From Zootoca vivipara (lineage: Eukaryota), in assembly GCF_963506605.1 (NCBI RefSeq), contig NC_083276.1:82460001-82524000 (forward strand): a DNA stretch of 64,000 nt. Direction: 5' to 3'. This document shows, one piece after another, positions 36,377-49,821 of this stretch; position 1 is the first letter of the stretch; the number at the start of each line of letters is the position of its first letter. A model generated the notes under the pieces. The model was not told where the DNA came from, searched no databases, and saw only the letters and a program-made list of their open reading frames with translations. The position numbers and the translations under genes were made by a program.

Positions 36377-36468
36377 CAGTGATGGCCAAAGATCACTGGT
36401 CCTGTTAGCTAGGGATGGTGGGAGTTGTAGTCCCAAAACAGCTGGAGGGCCAAGTTTGGCCATCACTG
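36377..36468. mobile_element. Internally deleted hAT MITE
   Basis: TIR CAGTGATGGCCAAA; 8-bp TSD GCTTAGTT. Confidence 0.85.
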
Positions 36469-37348
36469 GCTTAGTTCCATTAATTATTTTGTTTTTGTGG
36501 GAGTGTGGAGTCAAAAGTCAAAGTTCATTTTCAGACTTTTGTGACATAATCTAGTTCCATAAAATGAAAGGAATGTCGCCAATAATATCAACAGAAGGTG
36601 GAAAAATCTATGCTTGTAGTTTGTGAGGCTTATTCATTCCTACAGTGTTCCCCTATGAGAAATTGTTGGCATAATTGTGGTGATTCGTTTTAAGGTAGTG
36701 TGGTAGTCATCCAGCTGCAGGCATTCTTTTGGGTTGCATCCCATCACTGTATCACCACCCCTTGCATGTTGGAGGGAAATGTCTGCAGTGAGACGTCTTC
36801 TGTATGCATGTAGTCCCCATACATGATTAGAACTTTGCACAGAGTTCTAAATGATGCAAGCAAGCCACACACATGGAGCAGATTCCTCCCTGGAAATCTT
36901 TCTCCTCCAATGTGTGGAAGACAGTAAGACAAGGCAACACAACACAGAATTATTTCATAGGTTCATGGTCAAACTTTTTAAAAGCACATGATCAGGGAGG
37001 GGGCCTCTGGTATGTTCATATTAGCAGCTCTCCACAGGGTAATTTCTCATGACATATTTGCATAGTGTTGCTCACATCAGAGAGAGTGCAGGGATTTCTT
37101 CAACCAACACGCATGACTTTTTTTGTTTCCCTGACCCTCACACACTATTTCATGAAGCTGTCATTTGTCTGTACTAGACAGTTGCAGTGGAATGGTTCCA
37201 CTCCTCTTTCAAGACTTAAAAATGTGACTTCCTGAGGCTTTTTGGTGGTGATGGACATAGCACTCACTGTAATATCTAGTTTGGATCTAATACTATTTTA
37301 TCACTGTTCTCCTATTTTTATTTGCAGAAGATAGCACACCTTACATAA

Positions 37349-38293
37349 ATGGGAGAGGGAAACATTACCACAATGACTGAATTTGTTTTGCTGGGATTCA
37401 CGGATAACCAGAATCTGCAGGTCCTTCTCTTTGCTGTGTTCTTCCTGATTTACATGGTGATCTTGGTGGGCAACCTTGGCATGATAACATTAATCACAAT
37501 TGACTCCAGGCTCCACACTCCCATGTATTTTTTCCTGAGCAACCTGTCCATCTTAGATATTGGTTACTCCACTGTCATCGCTCCCAGGACACTGATGACC
37601 TTCATAGCAGAAAGCAAAACAATTTCCTTCACTGGCTGTGCCCTGCAGTTTTTCTTCTTCTGCATTGCTGTATCCTGTGAGTGCTGCCTGCTGGGTGCAA
37701 TGGCATATGACCGCTTCATTGCAATCTGCAACCCACTGTTGTATACTGCTCTCATGTCCAGGAAGCTCTGTAATTTACTTGTGACTGGTTCATATTTAAT
37801 GGGTTGTGTGAATGCAGCAGTTCAGACTTCCTTTATATTTAATTTATCGTTTTGTAGATCCAACATCATCAACCATTTCTTCTGTGATGTGGTCCCTATT
37901 CTAAGGCTCTCCTGTTCAGATACAAGAGCCATTGATATAATTCACTTTACCTTCTCAACAGCAATCGTATCCATAACTATCCTGGCCATTCTTGTCTCTT
38001 ACACATACATACTAGTTGCCATCCTTCGGATCAACTCAGCCGAGGGCAGACGTAAAGCCTTCTCCACCTGTGCCTCCCACCTTACAGCCGTCACCATTTT
38101 CTATGGCACAGTTGCTTTCATGTACCTACGGCCCAGTTCAAAATATTCAATGGAACAGGACAAGATCATCTCCGTGTTTTACACCCTTGCAATACCTATG
38201 CTGAATCCACTCATCTACAGCCTGAGAAACAAGGAGGTAAAGGAGGCTTTCAAAAGAATGGTTCGGGGAAAGATTATCTCTCAGAGACATTAA
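37349..38293 (+). CDS. Olfactory receptor (MxEGN subfamily), 314 aa
   Basis: All OR motifs present; acceptor TTTTTATTTGCAG ends at 37327. Confidence 0.97.
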   Translation: MGEGNITTMTEFVLLGFTDNQNLQVLLFAVFFLIYMVILVGNLGMITLITIDSRLHTPMYFFLSNLSILDIGYSTVIAPRTLMTFIAESKTISFTGCALQFFFFCIAVSCECCLLGAMAYDRFIAICNPLLYTALMSRKLCNLLVTGSYLMGCVNAAVQTSFIFNLSFCRSNIINHFFCDVVPILRLSCSDTRAIDIIHFTFSTAIVSITILAILVSYTYILVAILRINSAEGRRKAFSTCASHLTAVTIFYGTVAFMYLRPSSKYSMEQDKIISVFYTLAIPMLNPLIYSLRNKEVKEAFKRMVRGKIISQRH

Positions 38294-38371
38294 CGTTCAA
38301 AACAATAAATCCAATCCTACAGTTTACTTCATCCTTTATTGCAAAGTCTGTATTTCTATTATTTCCCTTCC

Positions 38372-38428
38372 AATGAGTCAGATCCAGGCTAAATGAGTCA
38401 GATCCAGGCCAATGAGTCAGATCCAGGC
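38372..38428. repeat. Three tandem copies of AATGAGTCAGATCCAGGC
   Basis: Copies at 38372, 38392 and 38411. Confidence 0.95.
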
Positions 38429-40217
38429 TACACCACTACACTTCTATTCTTAATTTGAGTAGTTCACATGAAACTCCACAGGGTTTATTTCTCAGCAGGC
38501 ACCTATAAATTAATGTACAGAACAATGCAATTGAAATGTGTGTGAGTTCTAAGAGATAGGTATGGATCAGTAACATTTTTGTTTGAGTGCATAAACTATG
38601 GTGGTCATGCCCAGTAAGGAGACTGAAGAGAGTATTCCCATCTCTCTCCCCAAAATAGGCTGCCCTCGCACCTCTTATCACAATGTTTAGACGTTATTAT
38701 TCATTGGCTTTCCCCCCACTACTGTCTCATGTCATAATGCCTGGGGGTGGTGGAATGGTATGTGCACTTATACAGGGATAAATGAATGAAAAAGGTTTGC
38801 CTGGAACTGCCTGTCATTTACTCATAATGTGGTATTAGAGTGGCCTGGCTTGGCCTTTAATGGTGGCCTTTAATGATGTTCATCTCTTTATTAGCGTTGC
38901 TGCACAAACATTTTTACTATTATGTTTTATTCTGTGTTATGAATTTTAAATGTTTAATGAGCTGTTTGTCTTCTAGTATGTTGTAAGTCACTTTTCCAGA
39001 AGTTTTGTAAAAGGCAATGAACATATATTAATAATAAATAAATAAATAAATAAATAAATAAATTTTAGCAACCGAAAAAATTGAATCCTTTGTTCCCATG
39101 TCTATTTAGGTACACACATAGCCTCTTTACTTTAGTTTTTCACCTCATTTAACTAAGCCATTTCCATTTGGCTTGGCGGTGGATTAGTGAACATTCAGTG
39201 AACACTCACTCGAAACATTTTAGAGGTTCAGTCATTCTGATGTTACCTCATCTGTCACAGGAGGGGTTGAAAAGCATGACCATTATCTATTTGCATGTAT
39301 TAATAAGAGGACTTTTTTCACATGGAATTTACTGGAACTCAGTTCTGGCACCTCTCAGGTGGACGCCATTGCCATTATAAAAGAAGAAGGGGGTGTTAAT
39401 TTTTAGTTCCAAAAGAGTTCCTATTTTTCTGGGAAAATAGCACTGATTAATAATGTAATTTTTTAAAAAGCAATTCACCATATACAATGGGCTCATTCCT
39501 CAGCAAGACATTTTTCAGCGGCGAAGCCTATGCCCGCACTAACCAGGGCAGGCGCGCTCCCAGGGGGGCGGGGATGGAGGGTGCCCCCCCCAGGCACGGG
39601 ATAGCTGCTCAGGTGCATGGAGCTGTGGGCCACCCACGGGGGTGGAGCGAGCCACCAATGGCGGACATTTGGCGTGCTGCATGCCCGTGACTCCCAAATG
39701 TCACCCCCCTCAGCGAAGACATCCAGGGTGGTCCACCCCCACTGCACCCCCCTTCCTCCACCCCTGGCATTATTGCCATATATTTGGCATGTGTCCATTT
39801 CCAGCTTCACATGGTGCCACTAAGAAATAACGTATCTCCAACAATCTCTGCCTGGTAGTGCGTCATTGATTCTGAATAGCTGGATATAGAAAAAAAACTC
39901 AGAATGAGCTTGATGAAATAAAAAGCTATTCACTGCTTACCCAAATCTTGCAAGAGAGCTAGTCAGCTCTATGGAATGGTGATCTACAACCTGTGTGCCA
40001 CAGTAGAAAAGGCCCTGTTTTGTGTCCCAACTAATCAGGTTTATGAACATGTTGAGGCAGATTAGTAGAGCCTAAGAATTTGATCACAATGTCAGAAAGA
40101 AGTTTTGAAAAGAGGCTACCAAGCAGATTTCCTTCCATCGCCCATTGAACAACACTCTTGCTGTGAAAGCTATGCACTTTAGTTCTCTGCAAGGAATGTT
40201 GTTATTTCCTAACATGT

Positions 40218-40305
40218 TGTTGTTTAGTCATTTAGTCATTTAGTCATTTAGTCATTTCCGACTCTTCGTGACCCCATGGACCATAGCACGCCAGGCACTC
40301 CTGTC
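40218..40305 (-). mobile_element. RTE-BovB extreme 3' fragment
   Basis: Matches the tail end at 3140-3217; flanked by the direct repeat TTCCTAACATGT. Confidence 0.85.
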
Positions 40306-40976
40306 TTCCTAACATGTACTCAATGCAAACAGTAACATAAATTGCTTTGCAATATTTCATTCATGGCAAAGGCAGGTGTACACTAAGACACTGCAAACCT
40401 AATTGTGTAAGGCCCATTGAATGGGCCAGAAGTAAGGCCCATTGAATTCAGTTGGATTTATTTCCAGGTAAATAGATTTAAGATTGTTCATTTGGATTTT
40501 ATTACTGCTCCTCGGTTCAAGTCCTGGTCTCTTTATCAAAGTGGATATAACCATCTGCCCATTTTTGACCACCATAGATATTCACTTTTAAATTTAAATT
40601 GATTTCCCTGCCCCCTGACATTTTCTTGACATAGATAGTACCTACTCGATGCCTGAGTGAGGGCAATTCAACAGCATAACAACTTTATACTGAACTGTGA
40701 GATTCTAATCCCACGTACCCAGGAGTGACCTGCACTCTTAATGTAGCAGCTCAGCCCCACCAAGTGAGCTGTTCTGGATGGCTCTGTCTAACAGCCAGCA
40801 TGTTGCAAACATCTTTTGATCCTGCTGGTCCAATGACTTTGTTCGTATCGTAAACTGGTGTTAATAGCTTTGGGAATGTGCAACAAACTTACTCTAAAAC
40901 AAGATAAAGGAAAGTAACTAGTGAAGATTCCTACTGAATTGTGGGCTGAATGGAGAGGGGAAACTTTTGTTAGAAA

Positions 40977-41539
40977 CTAATTAAAGATGAATAGTAGAAA
41001 GTACTATAAAAGGAAATTCCCAGGCTGTATGTCCTCAGGTGAGTATGCAGAGATGTCATGCAGAGTGTTTTAATTCAAGTGTTTCAGGAATTTGGTTTCT
41101 AGGTGACAGCAAAACAACCATAAAATGAACATTTCTCTCTACATCCCTTATTCTAGGGCTCTAGGATCGAGATTGATCATCTTCACAAGTAAGGTTCCTT
41201 ACAATACATTTCCTAGCCAGATATATAGTAATCCAAAATTCCTGTTAATCTGCCCACTAGCAGTTAATATTTATCAACAGTGCATTTCTCTGGAAGCAAA
41301 TTTATAATCTAAGCATTGAGGGGAGGGTGTTCTTGCTTGGTTACAGTAGCCCTGCATTCTATCGCTTTTGCACTGATCCAGCAAACAGGTTTATGTGCAA
41401 ATGAAGGACATCAACATACTGCAGAGGAATTAATTCTTTATCTACTGCAGCAACCTCACAACTATAAAATTAGCCTTTCTATCAATATGCCTAACTTTGG
41501 GGCTTTAGGAATGACATCTGTCCTCTTTCACAGGTAAGA
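40977..41539 (+). promoter_or_regulatory. Tandem cassettes D and D2 upstream of the OR at 45531
   Basis: D: CTAATTAA 40977, GTCCTCAGGTGA 41031, CATAAAA 41119, donor 41189. D2: TATAAAA 41463, donor CAG|GTAAG 41534. Confidence 0.58.
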
Positions 41540-42467
41540 CTCCTAAGTTGATTTATTCTCAGAGTGCTTGGGATATTTTATTTTTGGCAGCCAGATGATA
41601 TCTATGAACAGTTCCATTCTCTGAAAGCAAGGAAATTATTTGGAATTTAGCTTGGTTTATTTTCACAGAAGTTGGGGAGGTTGACTTCTTATGACACTGC
41701 ACAAGATCTTTCCTGCAAGTTGTGTGTGATTGTAATAAGAAATCCAGAAATGGAAATTTAAAATCATCAGATAAGCTGCTTATTTGCATAATGTTTTTGG
41801 TCTGGCACTGCAGCTGAATTCAGATTGAATTTAAGAAACACATTACCATATCTGGACATCGAAGGGAGCAAGTTAACACTCAGTTGCAAAATTTTTGCAT
41901 CTTTCAATCCAACAAACATGTTTATGAGTAAATGGAAGATAGCTTGCCTGCTGCAGGGCAATTTACATTGTACCTTGGTTTTCAAAAAGAATCCATTTGA
42001 CTCCCGGAACCATTTAAAAAGCAAAGTGTAGCTTCTGATTGGCTGCAGGACACTTCCTGCAGCCAATTGGAAGCCATGAAAGCTGTGCCAGATGTTTGGC
42101 TTCCAGAAATTGTTCGAAAACCGGAACACTCACTTCTGGGTTTTGATCATTTGGAAGCCAATTTGTTTGGGAGCCGTTTGAGATCCAAGGTAGGATGGTA
42201 CTTCATTATTTGCCACACCAGCCTCACAAATGAATATGAGGAACACCGGGGGAACAGCATACTACAGAACATAGACCCAATTCTGCCTTGTTTTTAGATT
42301 CTGTTGACCCAAGTTGCAGCAAGATTTGAATAGTGCATTCTTGTTTTAAAAGGGAAAAGATGGGGGAAAGATGCAGTAACCTTATGGGGGAGTGAGGAGG
42401 TTTGCTGCAGTGGCATAGCAAGAAGTTGTCAGCACTTGAAGGATGTTTTAAAAATAAAATAATAGGT

Positions 42468-43294
42468 GGCACTTGACTCCAGTCAAGCTGGCCAAAATTT
42501 ATAAGAAAAAAGACAAAAGATGCTGGGAATGCATGGTGGAGGAAGGGGATACTTACCATATGTGGTGGCAGTGTAAAATAGTAAAACCATTCTGGGAACA
42601 AATATATAACAATTTAAAAAGGCTGTTAAAATACACATTCCCAAAAAACCAGAGTTATTTCTATTGGGTTTGATGGGGAAGGAAATTAAAAAGGAGGACC
42701 TTAGAATATTTATGTACGCAACCACAGCGGCCAGAATACTGCTGGCACAGAAATGGAAAACGCCAGACATTCCAACTGTGAACGAATGGAGGGTGAAAAT
42801 GGTAGAATACATAGAATTGGCCATGATGACTGGAAGAGTGAGAGAACGAAAAGACCAGAAATCTCAAAAAAGAATGGAATAAATTTAGAGAATATCTGAA
42901 AACATATTGTAAACCAACAATAACACTAATTGGCCTGACATAATACCTACAATTGGTTAAATTAAAGGGATATAACAGAGATAAAGGCAAAAGAGAAAAC
43001 GTACAGAAATAATGAAATGAGCAGGAAAGTGAGGAGGTGAAAATTAAAAAAAAACCAGACGTGAAGGGAGGAGGAAGCTAAGTTCGGCAGAACTGATAAA
43101 ATAAGACGTGGAAAAAGAAGTTGATATCGAAGGATGTGGGGTAGGGGAAGTTGTAGTATCCGTTGTATTTTTACTATGTTTTTGATGTATTGTATATAAT
43201 GATTAATTGTACTTAACTGTATATAAAAATGTTTAATTGTTTATGTTTGGAAACTTAATAAAAATTATATGTAAAAAAATATAATAATAATAAT
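42468..43294 (+). mobile_element. 5'-truncated L1
   Basis: CWEC...HMWWQC knuckle, AT-rich 3' UTR, AATAAA and A tail; TSD AATAATAGGT; empty site in the paralog near 49690. Confidence 0.88.
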
Positions 43295-43444
43295 AATAAT
43301 AGGTATTAGGTGCAGCAAATGGTGCTGGTTTTGGCAAGTAAGTGGTGGCAGTGGTCACTAGTGATGTAACAGTAGCCAGTGGGAGCCAATGGCCAGCACA
43401 AGAGCTTTCTACAAAACCTGAATGAAGGCTGAAAGAGGCTAGGT

Positions 43445-43580
43445 CAGGCATCCAGAAACTTCGGCCCTCCAGATGTTTTGGACTACAATTCCCATCTTCC
43501 CTGACCACTGGTCCTGTTAGCTAGGAATCATGGGAGTTGTAGGCCAAAACATCTGGAGGGCCGCAGTTTGGGGATGCCTG
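43445..43580. mobile_element. hAT MITE
   Basis: TIR CAGGCATCC(A/C)..AAACT; 8-bp TSD GGCTAGGT; palindromic body. Confidence 0.88.
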
Positions 43581-44074
43581 GGCTAGGTGTTTGATAACCA
43601 AACCTCTCCTGGCAACTTGACACAAGCAGACTGCAGTGATGGGGAAGAATCCCAATTTACATACAGGGCCCTTGGGGCAAGAGCCAGAGAAGAATTTAGG
43701 AGTGCTCATATCTTCTTTTCCACCAACATTAGGAGTTTCTGAAGTGTTTAGATTGGAGGAGGAAGCGGTAAGCATCTCATTGACATTCTTCTCTAGCGGC
43801 AAAGTGTGTGGAGGGCCCTCAGGGGTGGCTGCCGTGGGTGCAAAATTGTTAGAGGTGCAAAATTTCAACACCCTGTGTTACCTCAGTACTGCTGTGCGCT
43901 TCCGTCGGTGGGCTCCCTTGAAAATGGCCTCCCCATGTCAAAAAGGAAGTGATCTCTCCAGACAATGGAACGACTCTTCTTTTCTTTTCTAATCTATGTG
44001 GCTGTGTGAGGTTTGAAGAAAATCTAAGGAAGTGTAAGGTTGGTCTATTACAAAAATGATACCCTGTGTGAATT

Positions 44075-44260
44075 ATTATTTTTTTATTAAGGATTTTCTT
44101 GGTTTACAGAAATATGTGCAATGTCTCTCGTAACATTTTTACAGATCGGTTTTATTTATTGAGACATTGGGAGGGAAAGGGGGGAAAGAGATAGATGGGG
44201 GAAAGGTGGATAGGGGTGGGTTTGGGTGATTATGCTTCTATTTTACTTAATATATGTAAT
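44075..44260 (-). mobile_element. Short LINE 3' end (L1-type)
   Basis: T-rich left end; 16-bp TSD ATACCCTGTGTGAATT (44059-44074 and 44261-44276). Confidence 0.78.
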
Positions 44261-44289
44261 ATACCCTGTGTGAATTGATCTGGGATGCT

Positions 44290-44900
44290 ATGATGGTGAT
44301 GGAGATGAAGCAGGAAGGGCGGGTAAAGGGTATGAAAGCCTACCATATGTGGTGGCAATGTAAAATTATTAAGAAAGCCTGGGAAGTGATATATAAAGAT
44401 TTGAAGAAAATGTTGAAAATGACTTTGGAAGGTACAGGACTTAATGGATATACCATGCAAAAGACTTTGTTCCTGCATCTGAGAATGGATGCCAGGGCAA
44501 GACCAGCCCATCCTATAAGGAAGAAGCCACCGCCAAAGAAGACGAAGGAGATTGGCAAAACAAACTAATAAACTATAACTGGACACACCAGACAATTTCT
44601 TTTCTCTCTCCTTTTCTTCAAAAAAGGGAGAAATGTTCAGGAATAATCATCAAGCTTTGTGTATTGGTTTCTACACTAGTTGAACTTTAAAAAGGTCACT
44701 TGTAATAATATGTATAAGGTTTTAAAATTGGATAGTTAAGAGTATAAGATTCTGTAGACGTGTATAAATAAGTATAGAAAATGGAACCAGGAAGGGGAGT
44801 TGGAGGGAAGTCAATTAAGAAGTATGATTTTGATTGTGGTGTTTATTATTATTATTATTATTATTATGATATTATAAAATTAATAAATTGTATCAAAAAA
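44290..44900 (+). mobile_element. L1 3' fragment
   Basis: YHMWWQCKIIKKAW followed by an AT-rich UTR, AATAAA and an A run. Confidence 0.75.
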
Positions 44901-45530
44901 GAAAATGGCTTCCGCATGTGAAAAAGGAATAAGTTGGTAGGATTGCAAGAAGCTTTGTAAGTTATAAAAAAGGAAAGTCATTGTAATTTGGATTTTAGTG
45001 TAAAAATCATTTTAAATCAATGATTGATAAGTGAAGTATAGATATTGGAGATAAATGTTAGAAAATCATAAGAAGGGTTTAATGGAAGTCAAGGCTTGAG
45101 AAAGCCAAAGGGATAAAATATGGAAAAGAAGGAGATGAATATGATTACTGTATCTGTATTGTTAAAAATTTATAAAATATTATATGGCAAAAAAGGAAGT
45201 GACCTCTCCAGACAATGGAATGACTTTGCTTATCTCTGTGGCTGTGATCTCCTGGGTGACGCAGATGCTGTTAGGCAGTTGAATGTGCATGCATACTCCG
45301 TCCATTTCCCTTTCTCCCCACCTCCCTTCCCCATGTGGCCACGGGTACTGGCAACCCATGCTACACCACTGCTCCTTGCCACATAAATGTAGGGCCTCTT
45401 GAAACTACTTTTGGTTGTTGTTTTCACCAAGTCAGTGGATGTGTTGCAATGTGTAACATCTAGTGTAGAGCTAATACTATTTCAACCCCCCCCCATATTT
45501 CTATTTAACAGGAGAACACAACTTGTGACA

Positions 45531-46475
45531 ATGTCAGAAGGAAATCTCACCACAATTACTGAATTTGTTTTGCTTGGATTCACAGATAACCAGAGTCTGC
45601 AGCTTACTCTCTTCATGTTGTTCTTACTGATTTACTTGTTGATCCTGGTGGGGAATATTGGCATGGTAACATTAATCAGGATTGACTCCCGCCTCCATAC
45701 TCCCATGTATTTTTTCCTCAGCAACCTGTCACTCTTGGATATTGGTTACTCCACTGTCATTGCTCCCAGGACACTGATGACCTTCGTAGCAGAAAGCAAA
45801 ACCATTTCCTTCACTGGCTGTGCCCTGCAGTTTTTCTTCTTCTGCATTGCTGTATCCTGTGAGTGCTGCCTGCTGGGTGTGATGGCATACGACCGCTTCA
45901 TTGCAATCTGCAACCCACTGCTGTATACTGCTATTATGTCCAGAAAGCTCTGTAAACTGCTTGTGGCTGGTTCCTATCTGACAGGTTGTGTGAATGCAGT
46001 GGTCCAGACTTCCATTATATTTAATTTGTCCTTCTGTAGATCCAACATCATCAACCACTTCTTCTGTGATGTGCCCCCTATCCTAAAGCTGTCCTGCTCA
46101 GACACAGCAGTCATTGATATTATTCATTTCATCTTCTCAACAGCAATTGTATTGCTAACTATATTGGCCATTTCTGTCTCTTACGCATACGTACTTATTG
46201 CCATCCTTCGGATCAACTCAGCTGAGGGCAGACAGAAAGCCTTCTCCACCTGTGCCTCCCACCTTACGGCTGTCACCATATTCTATGCAACAGGAGCTTT
46301 CATGTATGTCCGGCCCAATTCAAAATATTCCGTAGAGCAGGACAAAATCATCTCTGTCTTTTACACTCTTGCAATACCTATGCTGAATCCACTCATCTAT
46401 AGTCTGAGAAACAAGGAGGTAAAAGAGGCTTTCAAAAGGCTGGTTGGAGGAAAGGTGGACTCTCAGAGATATTAA
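45531..46475 (+). CDS. Olfactory receptor (MxEGN subfamily), 314 aa
   Basis: True start is MSEGNLTT at 45531; acceptor ATTTCTATTTAACAG ends at 45511; all OR motifs present. Confidence 0.96.
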   Translation: MSEGNLTTITEFVLLGFTDNQSLQLTLFMLFLLIYLLILVGNIGMVTLIRIDSRLHTPMYFFLSNLSLLDIGYSTVIAPRTLMTFVAESKTISFTGCALQFFFFCIAVSCECCLLGVMAYDRFIAICNPLLYTAIMSRKLCKLLVAGSYLTGCVNAVVQTSIIFNLSFCRSNIINHFFCDVPPILKLSCSDTAVIDIIHFIFSTAIVLLTILAISVSYAYVLIAILRINSAEGRQKAFSTCASHLTAVTIFYATGAFMYVRPNSKYSVEQDKIISVFYTLAIPMLNPLIYSLRNKEVKEAFKRLVGGKVDSQRY

Positions 46476-47019
46476 TCGTCATAATAATAAATACAATCCT
46501 ATATCTTACTTCATTCCTTATTGCAGAGTTGTTGTTGTTGTCGTTGTTGTCGTTGTTGTCGTTGTTGTCGTTGTTGTCGTTGTCATCGTCGTCATCATCA
46601 TTATGGGCAACAAATGGTGACCAACGTACATTAGAGGATTCTATTCCTATGACACTGCTCTGGCAACAATCATTATAGCTATGACTTTTGGGGGGGGGAT
46701 GCTTGACCAGAGTCTGGGCTCCACCTTCAGTGGGTAAGTAATATGCTGAGGCAACACTAACACAACAATCAATGGTCTACTACATGGTGCAGTGCCTGGA
46801 CTTGAATAAATGTCACATTTCCTACATTTCCTACAACAGACAGTGCCAATGGTCCTCGTATGTTTCAGATAGGGGTCAACACATGTTGACCACTCAAACT
46901 CCATTGAACAGGGAGCCGCAACCAATCCTCACTTTCATGTTAGTGTGTGATGAGCATGTTTTCAAAAGCATGTTGTTTCCCACTTTCCATTTTGAGTATT
47001 GCTCAGCAAACTGTGCACA

Positions 47020-47336
47020 TCTCAACTAGGGCCAGGGCCTTTTCAGTATTGGCCCCGACTTGGTGGAACGCTCTCTCACAGGAGACCAGGGCCCTGCGGG
47101 ATTTGACATCTTTCTTCAGGGCCTGCAAGATGGAGCTGTTCCACCTGGCCTTTGGGTTTTGATGTGGGCCATTTTAAAATGAGGCTGCATTTTAAAACAA
47201 TTTTTAAATCTAAATTGTATTTTAATCTGCATTTTAATCAATTATTTTCCTTTCTTTTACATTTTATTGTAACTTTATTGATATCAGCTGCCCTAAGCCT
47301 GGCTCTCACTGGGGAGGGCGGGGTATAAATAAAAAT

Positions 47337-47388
<52 letters not shown>
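47020..47388 (+). mobile_element. L2-clade 3' fragment with (TAT)n tail
   Basis: STRARAFSVLAPTWWNALSQE; similar to 23560-23950. Confidence 0.82.
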
Positions 47389-47390
<2 letters not shown>

Positions 47391-48015
47391 CTAAGAGCCT
47401 ACCCTTTTAAAAACCATACTACTACAGTGGAGTGCACTTTTTGTTCCATGTCTGCAGGATCAGTTTCCTTTATTTCCTTTATTTGCTGCTGAATAAGCGT
47501 GGCCAACCAATTCCCCTCTTGAACTTTTCCCATCTTGGCTTCTTCAATTTAGCTGTTGGGGATTGACTGGGTAGGCCCAGTGATGCTTCACTGAGAGAGG
47601 GGAGAGTGCTACCCTCCTTGAAACTGGGTGCATCCCTTCCTTAAGAAGACCTCCCTGGACCTGGAATTGCTGGGTAACTTTCGACTGGTATGCAATATCC
47701 CCTTTGGGGTCAATGCGCTCAAAAGGGTGCTGCGGAAAAGTGGACACTCTGAGATAAAATCAGAAAGTGGGGTGGTTAAATTTGGGGCTGTCCCTGGAGA
47801 ACAGGGACACTTGGGGGGGGGTCTGGGGAAGTTCTGCCTTGCTCACTCTTCAGCTTTTGATACCATTGATGCATCTGTCTTCATCACTCACAGCTTTCAT
47901 TGAAAACTGAAGAAGCACATCTTAACATGTGCTTTCAGGGCCAACCCTCTTCTGGTTACTGTAATCTGTTTGAACTCTTTCAAATTCTGGTTTTTAGATT
48001 GTAAGCCGCTCTCAG

Positions 48016-49821
48016 TCCTGCTGGTCCCAATGACTTTGTTGGTATTGGTAACTGCTATTATTATTAATAGCTTTGGGAATATGCAGCAAACTTACAGTAC
48101 TCTAAAACAAGATAGAGGAAAGTAACTAGTGAAGATTCCTACTGAATTGTGGGCTGAATGGAGAGGGGAAACTTCTGTTAGAAACTAATTAAAGATGAAA
48201 AGTAGAAAGTAAAAGAAATTCCCAGGCTGTATGTCCTCGGGTGATTATGGAGAGTATTTGAATTCATGCCTTTCAATAATTTGGTTTCTAGGTGATACCA
48301 AAACAACTATAAAAAGAGCACTTCTCTCCACATGACTTATTCTGGGGCTCTAAGATCGACATTGATGAGCTTCACAAGTAAGGTTCCGTATGATACATTT
48401 CCTAGCCAGATATACTCACATTTCTTTTGTTAATTATTCCCCCACCAGCAGCAGCAGCAGTCAACTCCATCAACAGTGCATTTCCCTGGAAGCAAATTTA
48501 TTAACTGGGTTTCCTGTTCATTTATTTGGGTTTGTGGGTTGGAACACTTTATGATGCTGCATGAGATCTCTCCTGCATGTTGCCGGTGATCGTAAACACA
48601 TCTCTAGAAATGCAGATTCAAATTGATTCGCTAATAAATTTATTTCTCTGGTGCTTTCATCTGGCATCACGGTCAGCTTCGACCCATAAGAGCTAAAAAC
48701 AGATTAAATTTAATAGCCACAGCATATTGCAAGTGCATTGAGAAAGGTAAGGTTATCTCTTGCTTATAATATCTCTGTTTTCTACAAGTGCATACACATT
48801 TTCTGGAGATCTGTTTACCATCTCAGATAATTCATTCTTTATCTACTGCAGCAACCTCACAACTTTAAAATTAGCCTTTCTATCAATATGCCTAACTTTG
48901 GGGCTTTGGGAATGACATCTGTCCTCTTCACAGGTAAGGCTCCTAGCTTAATATATTCTCAGTGTGCTTGGGATATTTTATTCTTGGAAGCCAGATGATA
49001 TCTATCAACAGCTCAATTCTCTGGAAGCAAAAAAAAAAGAGGAATTTATTTTGGTTTATTTTCACAGAAGTTGGGGAGGTTGACTTCTTATGACACTGTA
49101 CGAGATCTTTCTTGCAAGTTGTGTGTGAATGTAATAAGAAATCCAGAAATGGAGATTTAAAAAATCATCACATAAGCAGTTTATTTGCTTAATGTTTTTT
49201 ATCTGGTGCTGCAGCTGGATTCAACTCCAAAGGGGGGAAATCATATTGAATTTAAGAGACACAGTTCTGTATCTTGGCACTGAAGGGAGCAAGTTAACAC
49301 TCAGTTACAATATTTTTGCATCCTCTCTTTATGGCCTCAATCCAACAAACATGTTTATGAGCAAATGGAAGATAGCTTGCCTGCTGCAGGGCAATTCACT
49401 TCTTTATTTGCCTCAGCAGCCTCACAAATGAATATGGGGGACACCAGGGGGAATAGCATACTGCAGAACATAGACCCAATTCGGCCTTGCTTTTAGATTC
49501 TGTTGACCCAAGTTGCAGACAGAGCAAGATTTGAATAGTGTGTTCTTGTTTTAAAGGGCAAACAATGGGAAAGGATGGGGTAATCTTAACTTAAGGGGGA
49601 TGGAGGAGGCTAGATGGGGGTCTCCCTTGTTGCAGTGGCATGGCAAGAAGTTTTCAGCATTTGAAGTATGTTTTAAAAATTTAAAAAAACAGCTATTAGA
49701 TGCACAAAATGGTGCCTCTTTTTGGCGAGAACCGTAAGTGGTCACACTGGTCACTAGTGATATAACAGTAGCCAGTGGGAGCCAATAGCCAACACAAGAG
49801 CTTTCTACAAAACCTGAATGA
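48016..49821. repeat. Direct duplicate of 40820-43425 (without the L1), carrying tandem cassettes E and E2 upstream of the OR at 52225
   Basis: E: CTAATTAA 48185, GTCCTCGGGTGA 48233, TATAAAA 48308, donor 48378. E2: TTTAAAA 48864, donor 48934. Confidence 0.88.

Noticed and set aside
45399-45530. 44-aa N-terminal extension of the OR in the ORF track (358 aa)
   Set aside because: It starts at TTG and crosses a splice acceptor at 45511; paralogs start at the ATG equivalent to 45531.
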